A stretch of 63,995 bases of DNA, filler included, from Sanchytrium tribonematis (lineage: Eukaryota): assembly GCA_018985235.1 (NCBI GenBank). It is 8 parts of 8 records of this genome, joined end to end, with 100 filler letters (N's around TTAATTAATTAA, not from the genome) between each part and the next. Parts side by side here need not be neighbours in the genome. Positions count along the whole stretch, not along the records: positions 57,202 to 63,995 come from JADGIG010000496.1; 7 more parts are not named here. The stretch is one strand, 5' to 3'. The notes below the pieces were generated by a model that saw only the letters and a list, made by a program, of their open reading frames with translations, did no database searches and was not told the origin of the DNA. The stretch's first letter is position 1. Each line of letters begins with the position of its first letter. Made by a program: the position numbers and the translations under genes. Of this stretch, positions 63,219 through 63,995 are shown in pieces.

Positions 63219-63701
63219 ATGCTTTTCACTACTCTTTTACTTGCAATTGCAGCACCTGTTACTGTAGATAATGGAATTGACGAGGCAGAATCATTAAGAT
63301 TTGTGGAAAAAGATACATATGTCGCTACTCGATTAGATATTAGACTTGATGATGGAACTGGGAAAAGAGCACCATACGCTGGGTATGTAGTGAAACACTA
63401 TGACGGGTTCAAGGCTACATTATATGGACAAGAATATGTCTTTGAAAATGCTGCTGATATTGTCACTGAAATATTGAACATTCAACATCAGAAAGAAACC
63501 CACTTTAAATTTGAAACAAATGCATATTGTGAAATTGATGAAGATTCTGAAGATGATCAGGAGTCCAAGTTGAAGTACAAACACAAGATTACTTTGATCA
63601 CAGGGCGTGTTTCGCCAAACAATAAGGAAGAAGTTGCGTACAGATTGGATCAGAATCTGAATCAATTTTTTAAAAACCAAATTTGTGAAGCAGCACAATA
63701 A
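63219..63701 (+). CDS. Secreted family member 4 (160 aa)
   Basis: Signal MLFTTLLLA; IRLDDGTGKRAPY shared with member 3. Confidence 0.75.
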   Translation: MLFTTLLLAIAAPVTVDNGIDEAESLRFVEKDTYVATRLDIRLDDGTGKRAPYAGYVVKHYDGFKATLYGQEYVFENAADIVTEILNIQHQKETHFKFETNAYCEIDEDSEDDQESKLKYKHKITLITGRVSPNNKEEVAYRLDQNLNQFFKNQICEAAQ

Positions 63702-63845
63702 ATGATTACAAAAAATGACATCATTTGATCTGACATGGAGAATAAACATTTTCACTTTCAAGTATCTCCTGACTACAAATTTTATTAAATGGAAATTTTT
63801 ATATTAATAAATCTCACTCTTCTTTATTTGTGATCCTTGAAACAA

Positions 63846-63995
63846 ATGAATTTCAATCGTCCTACCTTTGTAAATTATCCGTATGCATCACAAGCACATC
63901 ATCAATCCACTCAATTACTTCAATTATATCCAAATCATTTAAAATTAAACTCAATTCATCAAAATCAAGATGATTTAATGGTCATTTATGGAACA
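63846..63995 (+). CDS. 5' end of a gene, possibly Vps23/TSG101 UEV-like
   Basis: Open frame to the window end after CCTTGAAACAAATG; LLQLYPNHL...DLMVIYGT weakly resembles the UEV L.GT motif. Confidence 0.3.
   Translation, partial: MNFNRPTFVNYPYASQAHHQSTQLLQLYPNHLKLNSIHQNQDDLMVIYGT

Overview
The window is not one locus. It is eight unlinked contigs of about 8 kb joined by artificial N44-TTAATTAATTAA-N44 spacers. The DNA is AT-rich, extremely compact eukaryotic nuclear sequence in the standard genetic code. The source is most likely an early-diverging fungus or fungus-like opisthokont (class V/VII chitin synthase with DEK-C, hevein/CBM18 protein, DUF1748, Bem1-like SH3 genes); the species cannot be named from sequence alone. 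Housekeeping genes (AP-2 mu, APC permease, Rim15/Greatwall-like kinase, VMA21, ALG2, Prp24-like, AFG2-like, glycogen phosphorylase, ACY1, CIA2, YOS1, PGS1) are often only 4-30 bp apart and are interspersed with secreted-protein families and four or five transposon types. Main observations: (1) seven frame-restoring GT-AG introns of only 19-20 nt, all ending in TNATDTAG with an A fixed 6 nt from the 3' end, one of them inside a pogo transposase; (2) a non-LTR retrotransposon whose single polyprotein carries a hydrophobic segment and a ubiquitin-like domain ending in RGG just upstream of APE-RT-RNase H; (3) a recent Ty3/gypsy element with 146-bp LTRs, no visible tRNA PBS and a PHD finger between RNase H and integrase; (4) a 2H-phosphoesterase/phosphatase/kinase/RNA-ligase repair fusion; (5) an MLKL/HeLo-like kinase-Sel1 gene; (6) clustered small secreted families with shared promoter motifs and very short signal peptides. 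All domain calls come from motif recognition by eye; no searches were run.
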